From the NCBI GenBank assembly GCA_963666115.2, contig CAXXET010000002.1, positions 1-64,000 of the forward strand: a stretch of 64,000 nucleotides of DNA. The letters run 5' to 3'. The notes under the pieces were generated by a model. It saw only the letters and a program-made list of their open reading frames with translations. It was not told the origin of the DNA and made no database searches. The stretch's first letter is position 1. Each line of letters starts with the position of its first letter. Origin of the DNA: Dehalococcoidia bacterium. Lineage in GTDB: Bacteria > Chloroflexota > Dehalococcoidia > UBA6926. The position numbers and the translations under genes were made by a program. Positions 10,318 through 19,949 of the stretch are shown piece after piece.

Positions 10318-12549
10318 ATGGCAACAGCGCAGCAGCCTGCCGTTGGGGCGCCTATTGGCCGTAATGATGGGCCGGACAAGGTTACAGGGTTGGGGCGGTA
10401 TTCGTTGGATGTGACCTTGCCGGGGATGTTGTGGTGCAAGGTTCTTCGCTCGCCGTATCCCCATGCCCGCGTCGCGTCCATCGATGCCTCCGCCGCGCTC
10501 GCGCTGCCCGGCGTCCATGCCGTCCTGACCCCGGACGACGTGCAGGGGCTGCTTTTCGGCAAGCGGATCATGGACGAGCACGTCTTGGCGTTCGATGCCG
10601 CGCGCTATATCGGCGACGCGGTCGCAGCCGTTGCCGCAGAGGACGAGGACATCGCCGAGCGGGCGCTGGAGCTCATCGACGTCGAGTACGAGGAGCTGCC
10701 CGCCGCCGTCACGATGGACGACGCTTTGGCGGACGGCGCGCCGATTCTCCACCCCGAATTCAACTCCTATTTCGGCATCCCGGCCGAACAGGAGGCGCCC
10801 TCCAACATCTTTGCCAAGGGCACCTGGGGCAAGGGCGACGTTGCCGAGGGATTCGCGGAGGCCGACCTTATCGTTGAGCACACCTACACGACGCCCCGCA
10901 CGCACCAGGGCTATCTTGAAGTCCACAACACCATCGTCTGGATCGATGAGACCGGCCACGTGCAGGTCTGGCTCGGGTCAAAGTCGCCGTTCGCCAACCG
11001 CCGCGCAATCGCCCTCGTCATCGGCGAGGAGCCGGACAACATCACCGTGAACTACGCCTACGTAGGCGGCGATTTCGGCGGCAAGGGCGACATCAACGGC
11101 GCGCCCATCTGCTACTTCCTCGCCAGGAAGACGGGCAGGCCCGTCAAGCTCGCGTTCGACTACTCGGAAGAGCTTTCCGCAATGAACCCCCGCCATGAGA
11201 GCACGATGCGCGTCAAGGCGGGCGTCAAGCGCGACGGCACGCTCACCGCGTGGGAGGCGGAGGTCTATTTCAATTCCGGCGCGTACGGCAGCTACAAGCC
11301 CGTGCCCGGCTCCAACCTTCCCGGCATCGCGGAGATCGCGGGGCCGTACGTCATCCCCCACGTGCAGATCGATGCCTACCAGGTCTACACCAACACCGTT
11401 CCCTGCGGATTCCACCGCTCCCCAGGCGAGGTGCAGGGCATCTTTGCGGGCGAATCCCACATGGACCTCATCGCCCAGGAACTCGGCATGGACCCGTTGG
11501 AGTTGCGTATCAGGAACGTTCTCCATGACGGCGACGAGACGCCGGTAGGGCGCGTCTTCCTCGACGTGAAGGCCGAAGAAGTGCTGCGAGAGGCCGGCAG
11601 GCTGTCACAGTGGGATGCGCCCAGGAGTGAGAATGTTGGCCGTGGCATCGCCTTTGGCCATCGCACGCAGGGCGGCGGCCAGACCACGATTCGCGTCACC
11701 GTGAACGCGGACGGCAGCGTGCTTGCCGCCAGTTCCATCTATGACCCCGGCATGGGCAACCACACCATGATGCAGCAGGTCACGGCAGATGAACTGGGCA
11801 TTGACATCTCCCGCGTGTCCGTTGTCCCGCTCAACACGGATCAGGCCGAGTTCGACACCGGCGTTGGCGGCAGCCGCGGCAGCTTCATCATCACGGAGTC
11901 CGCCTTCATGGCCGCCGATGATGTCCGCGGCAAGCTCAAGCGGCTCGCGGCGGAGTTCAACGGTTGGGACGAGGAGATCGTGGAGTTTGAGTCGGGCGCT
12001 CTCACCAACACGCGAACCGGCGAATCCGTCCCAATGGAGCGCATTGCCGAACGGTCGGGCGAGCCGGTGTCCGGCCAGGGACGCCTGGAAGAGGCCGCGC
12101 AGAGTCCCTACACGTCGTTCGTCGCCCAGGTCGCGGAGGTTGAGGTTGACCGTGAGACGGGCGAGCCCCGCGTCAAGGTCATCACCGCCGTCCATGACAC
12201 CTCTCGCATCATCAACCCCGTCGGTTTCTACGGGCAGATCGAGGGCGGAATGATCAATGCCTACGGCTTTGCCATGATGGAAGAGTTGACGGTGGATGAG
12301 GGCGGTCGCGTCACGAATCCCTCGTTCGCCGACTTCAAGATGCCCACCGAGCCGGACATCCCCGAACTCCGCATCGGACTTGTCGAGACCAGCGAGGGCA
12401 GGGGCGCGTACCGCGTCAAGGCCGTCGGCGAGCACTCCAACCTCACCACCCTCCCGGCCATCGCCAACGCCATCGACGACGCCGTCGGCATCAGGATTGA
12501 CAGCGTGCCGTTCACGGCAGAAAAACTCCACCGCGCCCTGAACGGGTAA
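10318..12549 (+). CDS. Xanthine dehydrogenase/CoxL-family molybdopterin-binding large subunit
   Basis: GGGGAG RBS; KVTG..RY, LRSPYPHAR, VGGDFGGKG, GQIEGG, SFADFKMP, KAVGE motifs. Confidence 0.9.
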   Translation: MATAQQPAVGAPIGRNDGPDKVTGLGRYSLDVTLPGMLWCKVLRSPYPHARVASIDASAALALPGVHAVLTPDDVQGLLFGKRIMDEHVLAFDAARYIGDAVAAVAAEDEDIAERALELIDVEYEELPAAVTMDDALADGAPILHPEFNSYFGIPAEQEAPSNIFAKGTWGKGDVAEGFAEADLIVEHTYTTPRTHQGYLEVHNTIVWIDETGHVQVWLGSKSPFANRRAIALVIGEEPDNITVNYAYVGGDFGGKGDINGAPICYFLARKTGRPVKLAFDYSEELSAMNPRHESTMRVKAGVKRDGTLTAWEAEVYFNSGAYGSYKPVPGSNLPGIAEIAGPYVIPHVQIDAYQVYTNTVPCGFHRSPGEVQGIFAGESHMDLIAQELGMDPLELRIRNVLHDGDETPVGRVFLDVKAEEVLREAGRLSQWDAPRSENVGRGIAFGHRTQGGGQTTIRVTVNADGSVLAASSIYDPGMGNHTMMQQVTADELGIDISRVSVVPLNTDQAEFDTGVGGSRGSFIITESAFMAADDVRGKLKRLAAEFNGWDEEIVEFESGALTNTRTGESVPMERIAERSGEPVSGQGRLEEAAQSPYTSFVAQVAEVEVDRETGEPRVKVITAVHDTSRIINPVGFYGQIEGGMINAYGFAMMEELTVDEGGRVTNPSFADFKMPTEPDIPELRIGLVETSEGRGAYRVKAVGEHSNLTTLPAIANAIDDAVGIRIDSVPFTAEKLHRALNG

Positions 12550-12602
12550 GCCGGGTAGTGTAGCGGATGCAGGCTCGCGCCCGCCCGTGACACAATACGC
12601 CC

Positions 12603-13652
12603 ATGACGGAGCCTACAGAGGATCGGCTGGTCGCGTCGGAGCCGCAGAACGAGGACGCCGCTCTTGAGAGCGGGCTGCGGCCGCGCCGCCTGCCCGATTA
12701 CGTCGGCCAGGGCCGCGTCATTGACAACCTCAAGGTCTCTATCCAGGCCGCTCTTCAGCGCAAGGAGCCGCTGGATCACGTCCTGCTCCACGGCCCGCCC
12801 GGCCTTGGCAAGACAACACTCGCTTTCATCATCGCCGCTGAAATGGGCGTGAGCGTCCGCGTCACGGCGGGGCCGTCATTCACCCGCGCCGGCGACCTTG
12901 CCCAGATGCTCACCCAGCTCCGCCCCCATGACGTCCTCTTCGTCGACGAGTTCCATCGCCTGCCGCGCTCCGTCGAGGAAGTCTTATATCCGGTCATGGA
13001 GGACCACGTGCTGGACATCATGATCGGCAAGGGGCCGGGCGCGCACTCCGTCCGCGTCAGCCTGCCGCCCTTCACCCTCGTCGGCGCGACCACCCGATAT
13101 GCGCTCCTCAGCAATCCCCTCCGCGACCGTTTCGGCGCGACGTACCGGCTTGATTTCTACACCCCTGAGGAGATTGGCCGCATCCTGGTTCGCTCCGCCA
13201 GCGTGCTGAATGTCGATGCGGCAGACGATGGACTGGGGGAAATCGCCGGCCGGTCGCGCGGCACGCCCCGTGTGGCTAACCGTCTCCTCCGCCGCGTCCG
13301 CGACTATGCCCAGGTCAAGGGCGACGGCGTTGTGACCGGCGAGGCGGCGCGTGAGGCGTTGAACAGCTTGGGCATCGATTCGCTTGGACTGGATGACACG
13401 GACCACCGCGTGCTCGATAGCCTGATCAATACGTTTAGCGGCGGGCCCGTTGGACTGGAGACCCTGGCCTCCTCGATTGCGGAAGAGCCGGACACCGTCA
13501 TGGACGTGTATGAGCCGTACCTGCTCCAGCTTGGGTTCCTCGACCGCACGCCGCGCGGTCGCCGCGCAACACGCCGCGCCTATGAACACCTTGGCGTCGA
13601 GCCGCCGCCGCAGAACGGCGGTCCCGACCCATCGAGGCCGCCATTGTTGTAA
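12603..13652 (+). CDS. ruvB: Holliday junction branch migration helicase RuvB
   Basis: [56 protein letters not shown]. Confidence 0.98.
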   Translation: MTEPTEDRLVASEPQNEDAALESGLRPRRLPDYVGQGRVIDNLKVSIQAALQRKEPLDHVLLHGPPGLGKTTLAFIIAAEMGVSVRVTAGPSFTRAGDLAQMLTQLRPHDVLFVDEFHRLPRSVEEVLYPVMEDHVLDIMIGKGPGAHSVRVSLPPFTLVGATTRYALLSNPLRDRFGATYRLDFYTPEEIGRILVRSASVLNVDAADDGLGEIAGRSRGTPRVANRLLRRVRDYAQVKGDGVVTGEAAREALNSLGIDSLGLDDTDHRVLDSLINTFSGGPVGLETLASSIAEEPDTVMDVYEPYLLQLGFLDRTPRGRRATRRAYEHLGVEPPPQNGGPDPSRPPLL

Positions 13653-13661
13653 TTGGCCGCC

Positions 13662-13670
13662 TGCTATAAT
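13662..13670 (+). promoter_or_regulatory. Extended -10 promoter (TGcTATAAT) for def operon
   Basis: Consensus TGnTATAAT 5 nt before in-frame GTG at 13676. Confidence 0.65.
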
Positions 13671-13675
13671 TTACA

Positions 13676-14311
13676 GTGCCGCTTATGAGTGTTATTCCCG
13701 TCCGTCACATACCTGATCCCGTCCTGCGCCAAAAGACAAAGCGCGTGCCGAACATCACATCCGCGCTGCGCGCGCTTGTCGATGACATGATTGAAACCAT
13801 GTACAAGGAGCACGGCGTCGGCATCGCCGCCAACCAGGTGGGGCGCAGCCTGCGTATGACGTACATCGAGATCCCGGAGCAGCGCGACGACGATGACAAC
13901 ATCGTGCAGGAACACTCGTCGCACGTCCTCATCAATCCGGAGATCATTCGCCGCGTCGGCGAACGGGAGGTTGAGGAGGGCTGCCTGAGCATCCCCGGCT
14001 GGCGCGGCAAGCTGATCCGATCCGAGCGCGTGACCGTCAAGGCGCTTGACCTGGACGGGCGCGAAATCAGGATCAAGGCCGAGGGCCTCCTGGCGCAGGC
14101 GCTGGAGCATGAGACCGATCACCTCAACGGCATCGTCTACATCGACCGCATGGAGAATATCGAGGACTTGTGCCCGCTTGATTTGCGAGCCGATGAGGAC
14201 GATGAAGGGCAGGCGGCCAAAGACGATGATGGCAAGCCGCCGCCCGATCCGAATCTCATATGGCGCCTGCGTCGGCCGGCCCCTCCCGTCACGCGGCGGC
14301 GGTCAGCGTGA
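13676..14311 (+). CDS. def: Peptide deformylase
   Basis: GVGIAANQVG, EGCLS, HETDHLNG motifs; start GTG 13676 or ATG 13685. Confidence 0.96.
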   Translation: MPLMSVIPVRHIPDPVLRQKTKRVPNITSALRALVDDMIETMYKEHGVGIAANQVGRSLRMTYIEIPEQRDDDDNIVQEHSSHVLINPEIIRRVGEREVEEGCLSIPGWRGKLIRSERVTVKALDLDGREIRIKAEGLLAQALEHETDHLNGIVYIDRMENIEDLCPLDLRADEDDEGQAAKDDDGKPPPDPNLIWRLRRPAPPVTRRRSA

Positions 14312-15852
14312 TGGCCACTTCTGCCGACAGCTCTGCAACAGCGATGGGCGAGATGCTCGAACGCGCCCGCGCCTTTCTTGCCGATCAACAAGTGGCCGCG
14401 TGGGTGGTCGGCGGCTCCGTCCGCGATATGCTCCTGGATGTTCCCACCGCCGATGCTGATCTGGTGGTGGATGCGGCGAGCGTTCCGCAGCTTGGCAGGC
14501 AGTTCGCGGACGAGATCGGCGGAGCGTTCTACCATCTTGACCAGGAACGGAACTATGTCCGTGTGCTCTCAGAACCGGACGCAAACGGGGAGCGGGCGCG
14601 TCTCGACATCACGCCGCTTGGCGACCGTGACATTGCCTCCGAACTTGCGCGGCGCGATTTCACTGTCAACGCGATGGCCCTGCCGCTGGAAACGTGGCGC
14701 GCGCCGGACAACCTCATTGATCCGCTCGGCGGCTGCGCCGATCTTGAGCAGCGCGTCCTCCGCGCCGTCAAACCCACCATCTACATCAGTGACGGGATTC
14801 GCCTCATGCGCCTGGCGAGGCTGGCAGGGCAGTTGGGATTCACCGTCGACGCGGAGACCGCAGCGTTCGCAAAGCGCGATGCCGCCCACATCGCGGACGT
14901 GTCGCCGGATCGCCTGCGCGACGAGCTGTGCAAGGTGCTGGCGCTGCGTGATACGAAATTCGCCCTGCGCCTGCTCGATGACATCGGCGTGCTTAGCCGC
15001 ATCATGCCGGAGCTTGATGCCGCGCGCGGCGTGACCCAGCCAATCGAGCATTACTGGGATGTGTTCAACCATCTCATGGAGACCGTCGGATTCATGGACG
15101 GCCTCCTTGACGCGGAGAGGCGTGAGGCAGACCCCATCCTCTCGCAGATGCCATGGAGCGATCACGTCGCCGCCTATTTCGTGGAAGAAATCTCCGGCGG
15201 CGTTGACCGCGCCGTTCTAACCAAACTCGCCTGCCTCCTCCATGACATCGCCAAACCGCAGACCAAGACCGTCGAAGAGTCCGGCAGGACGCGCTTTCTC
15301 GGCCACCCGGAGGAGGGAGCTGAAACCTCAGAGGAGGTCATGGAGCGCCTGCGCTTCAGCCGCCGCGCCAACGCCTACGTCACGCTGCTCGTGCGGCAGC
15401 ACCTCCGTCCCATGCAGCTCAGCAACAATCTTGAGACGCCCACGCGCCGCGCCCTCTACCGCTTCAAGCGCGATCTTGGCGATGCGGCAATCGGGGCGGT
15501 GTGGTTGAGCATGGCCGACTTTCTTGGCGCAAAGGGCCCCATGCTCGACCCCAATGAGTGGCGAAGGAGGGTCAGCCACTGTAGCCTAGTGATGGAGTCG
15601 ATACTCGCAGAGCCTGCTGATGACACGGCCCCGCCAACGGTGGTGAACGGCCACGTGCTCATGCAAGCCCTTGGCGTTGGCCCCGGCCCGCAGTTGGGGA
15701 AGATGCTTGAGGCGGTCAGGGAAGCGCTGGCCGCAGGCGACATATCGACGCCGGAGGAGGCGCTTGAGTTTGCCCGCCGGGAATGGGAGCCGCGGTTCGG
15801 CCCCCTGGCGGGCGAGCGCGGGGAGACAAAGGCAGTGAGGAGAGGAAACTGA
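14311..15852 (+). CDS. CCA-adding/poly(A) polymerase-family tRNA nucleotidyltransferase with HD domain
   Basis: VGGSVRD, DADL, LARRDFTVNAMA, HYWDVFNH, LLHDIAKP. Confidence 0.9.
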   Translation: MATSADSSATAMGEMLERARAFLADQQVAAWVVGGSVRDMLLDVPTADADLVVDAASVPQLGRQFADEIGGAFYHLDQERNYVRVLSEPDANGERARLDITPLGDRDIASELARRDFTVNAMALPLETWRAPDNLIDPLGGCADLEQRVLRAVKPTIYISDGIRLMRLARLAGQLGFTVDAETAAFAKRDAAHIADVSPDRLRDELCKVLALRDTKFALRLLDDIGVLSRIMPELDAARGVTQPIEHYWDVFNHLMETVGFMDGLLDAERREADPILSQMPWSDHVAAYFVEEISGGVDRAVLTKLACLLHDIAKPQTKTVEESGRTRFLGHPEEGAETSEEVMERLRFSRRANAYVTLLVRQHLRPMQLSNNLETPTRRALYRFKRDLGDAAIGAVWLSMADFLGAKGPMLDPNEWRRRVSHCSLVMESILAEPADDTAPPTVVNGHVLMQALGVGPGPQLGKMLEAVREALAAGDISTPEEALEFARREWEPRFGPLAGERGETKAVRRGN

Positions 15853-15853
15853 G

Positions 15854-17536
15854 TTGGAGCGATTGAGCGGCTTACCCGGCGCAGTCGCGCGTCGGCTGCA
15901 AAGATGGATCATACCCGGTTTCATCGTTCTCTTTGTTTTGTTCGCGGCGCTCAGCCTCGCGCGCGATGAATGGCGCATTCCGCTGACAGACATCGAGCGC
16001 GGCCACCAGGACACCCCGCTTGGCCTCACGCTTGGCCTCGACCTGCAGGGAGGCGTCCACCTCGTCTACGAAACAGTCGATCCCAATCCCACGGTGGAGC
16101 AGTTGAATGGCGTGGTGCAGATCATCCGCACGCGCGTCGACCAATTTGGCGTGGCGGAGCCTCTCATTCAGACACTCGGCGAAAATCGCATTGTCGTGCA
16201 GTTGCCCGGCGTCCAGGACGTGCAGGCGGCCAAAGACCTCATCGGCGCGCCCGCCGTCCTCGATTTCCGCGAACTTGTCCCAATCCCCATCGAGCCCGGC
16301 GAAGAGGTGGTCGGTGAGGTCGTGGTGACGCCCACGGACGAAACAGGGGCAGAGGCGACTCCTGAGGCGGAATCCACCATCGACGATGGCGCGGACTCAA
16401 CCGCAGGCCCGTCCGACGGAACCACGTCCGCCCCCAAACTTGCCAACGTCGCACAATCCATACCGGCCCAGACCACCCCGGAACCCGCCGAAGCGGAGAC
16501 GCCCGCCCCGGATGCCACTCCTGAGCCTGCGCCAATTAGTGAGACTGACGATGCAACAGTCGCGCCTGCCGAAGATGGAGCAGTGGCAGAGGAGACGCCG
16601 ACGCCTGAGCCGGTGCCTGAGTACCGCCTGGAATGGCAGATTGCGACGGCAGTCGTTGACGGCGAAGAGGTTGAGTTGACGGGCGACCGCCTGGAGCCCG
16701 GCTCCGCGTCGGTGGGATTCAACCCGACGACCGGCGCGCCGGAAGTCTATTTCCAGATGGACCAGCAGGGGCGCGAAGCGTTCAGGCAGGTGTCCGGGCG
16801 GATGGTGGGAGAACTGCTCGGCATCTTCCTCGATGGCGAACCCGTGTTGACCCCGCGCATCCAGTCCGAGATCCCGACAAGCCCCCGCATCACCGGCCTC
16901 GATCTTGAAGAGGCCAACATTCTCGCCATTCAGCTCAACGCGGGCGCGTTCCCAATACCGCTTGAAAAGGAGCCGATCCTGGAGCGTGACGTGGATGCGT
17001 TCCTCGGAGCGGACGCCCTCTCACGCGGCCTCCGCGCCGGCATGGTCGGTATCCTGCTCGTCGCGCTGTTCATGGTGCTCTACTACCGCATGAACGGCGT
17101 CGTGGCAGCCGTCGCGCTCATCATCTACGCCATCCTCGTGCTCGGCATGTTCAAGTCGATCCCCGTCGTGCTCACCCTCTCCGGCCTCGCGGCATTCGTC
17201 CTCTCGTTCGGCTTTGCCGTCGATGCCAACGTCCTGATATTCGAGCGGATGAAGGAGGAGCTGCGCGCGGGCCGCAGCATGGGTTCGGCCATCGACATCG
17301 GGTTCAACCGCGCCTGGCCCGCCATCAGGGACGGCAACTTCACCACGCTGATCATTGCCGCCATCCTCTTCTGGTTCGGCGAGCGGCTCGGCGCAAGCCT
17401 CGTGCAGGGCTTCGCGCTCACGCTGGCCATCGGCGTCGTGCTCAGCATGTTCAGCGCGCTGGTCATCACGCGCCGCCTGCTGCGCCTCGTGACCGGCTTT
17501 GAGCCGCTCCGCAAGACAAGGCTCTTCATTCCGTAG
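15854..17536 (+). CDS. secD: Protein translocase subunit SecD
   Basis: LGLDLQGG, RVDQFGVAEP, RIVVQLPG, GFAVDANVLIFERMKEE, AIRDGNFTT. Confidence 0.96.
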   Translation: MERLSGLPGAVARRLQRWIIPGFIVLFVLFAALSLARDEWRIPLTDIERGHQDTPLGLTLGLDLQGGVHLVYETVDPNPTVEQLNGVVQIIRTRVDQFGVAEPLIQTLGENRIVVQLPGVQDVQAAKDLIGAPAVLDFRELVPIPIEPGEEVVGEVVVTPTDETGAEATPEAESTIDDGADSTAGPSDGTTSAPKLANVAQSIPAQTTPEPAEAETPAPDATPEPAPISETDDATVAPAEDGAVAEETPTPEPVPEYRLEWQIATAVVDGEEVELTGDRLEPGSASVGFNPTTGAPEVYFQMDQQGREAFRQVSGRMVGELLGIFLDGEPVLTPRIQSEIPTSPRITGLDLEEANILAIQLNAGAFPIPLEKEPILERDVDAFLGADALSRGLRAGMVGILLVALFMVLYYRMNGVVAAVALIIYAILVLGMFKSIPVVLTLSGLAAFVLSFGFAVDANVLIFERMKEELRAGRSMGSAIDIGFNRAWPAIRDGNFTTLIIAAILFWFGERLGASLVQGFALTLAIGVVLSMFSALVITRRLLRLVTGFEPLRKTRLFIP

Positions 17537-17550
17537 GGAGAAGTGAAAAA

Positions 17551-18516
17551 GTGATCAACTTTGCGAAATACCGCGCCACGTACTTCCTGTTCTCCCTCGT
17601 GCTCATTGCCGCCGGCATGGCCGCGCTCTTCCTCGGCCCCGGCCTGAGCTTCAGCATCGAGTTCAGCAGCGGCGCCGCCGTAGACGCCACGTTTGAAAAT
17701 CCCACGCCGCAGGAGTCCGTGGACGCGGCCATTGATTCGCTTGGGTATGAGGGCGCGGTGGTGCAGGGTTTCGGCGACCGCGAGTATTTCCTGCGGCTGC
17801 CGTTGGCGGAGGCGTCCGAGCGGCAGCAGCTTGACGTGCGCAACGCGCTGGAGGAATACGCCGGGCCGCTGCAGGGCTACAGCTTTGACCTCGTGTCGCC
17901 CGCCGTCGCCCGTGAGACGGTGCGAAACGGGCTCATCGCCGTCCTGATCGCCGTTGTCGGCATCCTCGGCTATATCGTCTACGCCTTCCGCAGCATTCGC
18001 CACCCGTTCCGCTACGGCATCGCGGCCATCATCGCCCTTGTGCATGACATCGCCGTCGCATTCGCCGTGGCAGGGCTGTTCATACTCGTCGGCTCGCAGT
18101 GGCTCCACCTTGAAATCAGCAGCATGTTCCTCGTCGGCGTGCTGACCCTGCTCGGCTACAGCATCAACGACACCATCGTCGTCTTTGACCGTATCCGTGA
18201 GAACATCCTGCGCGACACGAACCGCGACATCGTCGCCACTGCCAACTACTCGATCATGGAGAGCATGGGACGTTCCATCAACACCAGCTTTACGACGCTC
18301 GTCGTCTTGCTGGCGCTGTTCCTGCTAGGCCCAACGACGATCCGCGATTTCCTCTTCGTCATGATCATCGGCGTCGTCTCCGGAACCTACAGCTCCATCT
18401 TCACCGCCTCCCAGGTGATCGTGTCATGGGAGACGCGCAGCCTCGGCAAGCTCCCCTTCATCGGCGGGCGCGGCGGCGCAGCGCCGTCCCCCACCACCCC
18501 TGCCACAACAACCTAA
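17551..18516 (+). CDS. secF: Protein translocase subunit SecF
   Basis: SIEFSSG, ALVHD, GYSINDTIVVFDRIRE, RSINTSFTT, GTYSSIF. Confidence 0.96.
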   Translation: MINFAKYRATYFLFSLVLIAAGMAALFLGPGLSFSIEFSSGAAVDATFENPTPQESVDAAIDSLGYEGAVVQGFGDREYFLRLPLAEASERQQLDVRNALEEYAGPLQGYSFDLVSPAVARETVRNGLIAVLIAVVGILGYIVYAFRSIRHPFRYGIAAIIALVHDIAVAFAVAGLFILVGSQWLHLEISSMFLVGVLTLLGYSINDTIVVFDRIRENILRDTNRDIVATANYSIMESMGRSINTSFTTLVVLLALFLLGPTTIRDFLFVMIIGVVSGTYSSIFTASQVIVSWETRSLGKLPFIGGRGGAAPSPTTPATTT

Positions 18517-18522
18517 CGCGCC

Positions 18523-19323
18523 ATGCCCGTCACAACCGAACCCATCACCATAGACAGCGGCGGCATTCAACTCGTCGGCGCAATCTCCGTGCCGGAAGGG
18601 CAGGGGCCCCATCCCGTGGTCGTCATCTGCCACGGCCTCCCTGCCGCCCGCCCCACGCCAACGGCGGACATCACCCTGTCCGCCCCAACGGATGAGGGTC
18701 TGACCTACGCCGAGATCGCTGAACTCTGCGCCCACCGCGGCCTAGCCGCCGTGATCTTCAACTTTCGCGGCACGGGCGAAAGCGGTGGCAATTTTCACCC
18801 GCTCGGCTGGGCGCAGGACCTCGAAGCCGTCCTGTCATGGGTGTGGGAGCGGTCCGAAGTGGACATCGACCGCATCGGCGTGCTCGGATCGAGCATGGGC
18901 GCGCGCGTGGCGATTCACGTTGCGGCGCGAAGGCCGGAGGTTGCCGCCGTGCTCTCGTTCGCCTCGCCCGCCCGCTCGCGCTGGAACCGCTCGCCGGAGG
19001 AGATGATCCAGAACGCCCGCGACGTCGGCATCATCCGCGACCCCGACTTTCCCCCCTCAGCAGAACGCTGGGCTGATGAGTACAGGGAGATGGACGTCAT
19101 CGCATCCGTCAGCCGCGTCGCCCCCCGCCCCCTGCTGCTCATGCACGGCGACGCCGATGATGTCGTCCCGCCCGAGGACGCCCGCGCGCTCTTGGCAGCC
19201 TCCGACCAATCCACCACCCGCCTAATGATGCTCCCAGGCGCAGGCCACCGCTTCCGCAGCAACGTAGAAGCCGTAGACCTCGCCGTCAACTGGCTGGTAG
19301 AGACGCTCGCCATCGAGCCATGA
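18523..19323 (+). CDS. Alpha/beta-fold hydrolase
   Basis: CHG, FNFRGTGESGG, GSSMG nucleophile elbow, HGDADDVV, GAGH. Confidence 0.88.
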   Translation: MPVTTEPITIDSGGIQLVGAISVPEGQGPHPVVVICHGLPAARPTPTADITLSAPTDEGLTYAEIAELCAHRGLAAVIFNFRGTGESGGNFHPLGWAQDLEAVLSWVWERSEVDIDRIGVLGSSMGARVAIHVAARRPEVAAVLSFASPARSRWNRSPEEMIQNARDVGIIRDPDFPPSAERWADEYREMDVIASVSRVAPRPLLLMHGDADDVVPPEDARALLAASDQSTTRLMMLPGAGHRFRSNVEAVDLAVNWLVETLAIEP

Positions 19324-19949
19324 CATCCCTCCTTGAATCCCTCGCCAACTGGATACAGGAATTCATCCTCGCCATCGGCTACCCCGGCATCGTCATCGTC
19401 ATGGCCGTTGAAAACATCTTCCCGCCGATACCCTCTGAACTCGTCCTCCCGTTCGGCGGCGCGCTCTCCGCGCAGGGCGAGATGAACTTCTGGGGCGTCG
19501 TCGCCGCCGGAACCGCCGGTTCGGTCATTGGAGCGATTGTCCTCTACACGGTCGGATACGTTGCTCGCGAGGCCGGCGTCCGCCGCCTCATCGCGGCATA
19601 CGGTAAATACGTCTTTATCTCGGAAAACGATCTTGACCGCGCCGCCGCCTGGTTCGAGCGATACGGCGAGGCCGTCGTCTTCTTTGGACGCCTAATCCCC
19701 ATCATCCGCAGCATCATCTCGATACCCGCCGGCTACACACGCATGAACATCGGACGCTTCCTGCTGTTCACGACGCTTGGCACGCTGCTGTGGAGCCTGC
19801 TGCTCACCTATATCGGACGCGTCCTGGGCGAAAACTGGGAAACCATCGCGGAGTTCACCGGCCCATACCAAAACGCCACCCTAATCGTGCTGATCGTGGC
19901 CGTTGTCGCATTCATCGGATGGCGTGCGCTAATGCGCCAGCGGCGATAG
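19320..19949 (+). CDS. DedA family membrane protein
   Basis: ENIFPPIPSELVLP, WFERYG, FFGRLIPIIRSIISIPAG. Confidence 0.93.
   Translation: MTSLLESLANWIQEFILAIGYPGIVIVMAVENIFPPIPSELVLPFGGALSAQGEMNFWGVVAAGTAGSVIGAIVLYTVGYVAREAGVRRLIAAYGKYVFISENDLDRAAAWFERYGEAVVFFGRLIPIIRSIISIPAGYTRMNIGRFLLFTTLGTLLWSLLLTYIGRVLGENWETIAEFTGPYQNATLIVLIVAVVAFIGWRALMRQRR

Noticed and set aside
10318-12549. Bona fide CO dehydrogenase
   Set aside because: Lacks the AYxCSFR motif and coxM/coxS neighbours.
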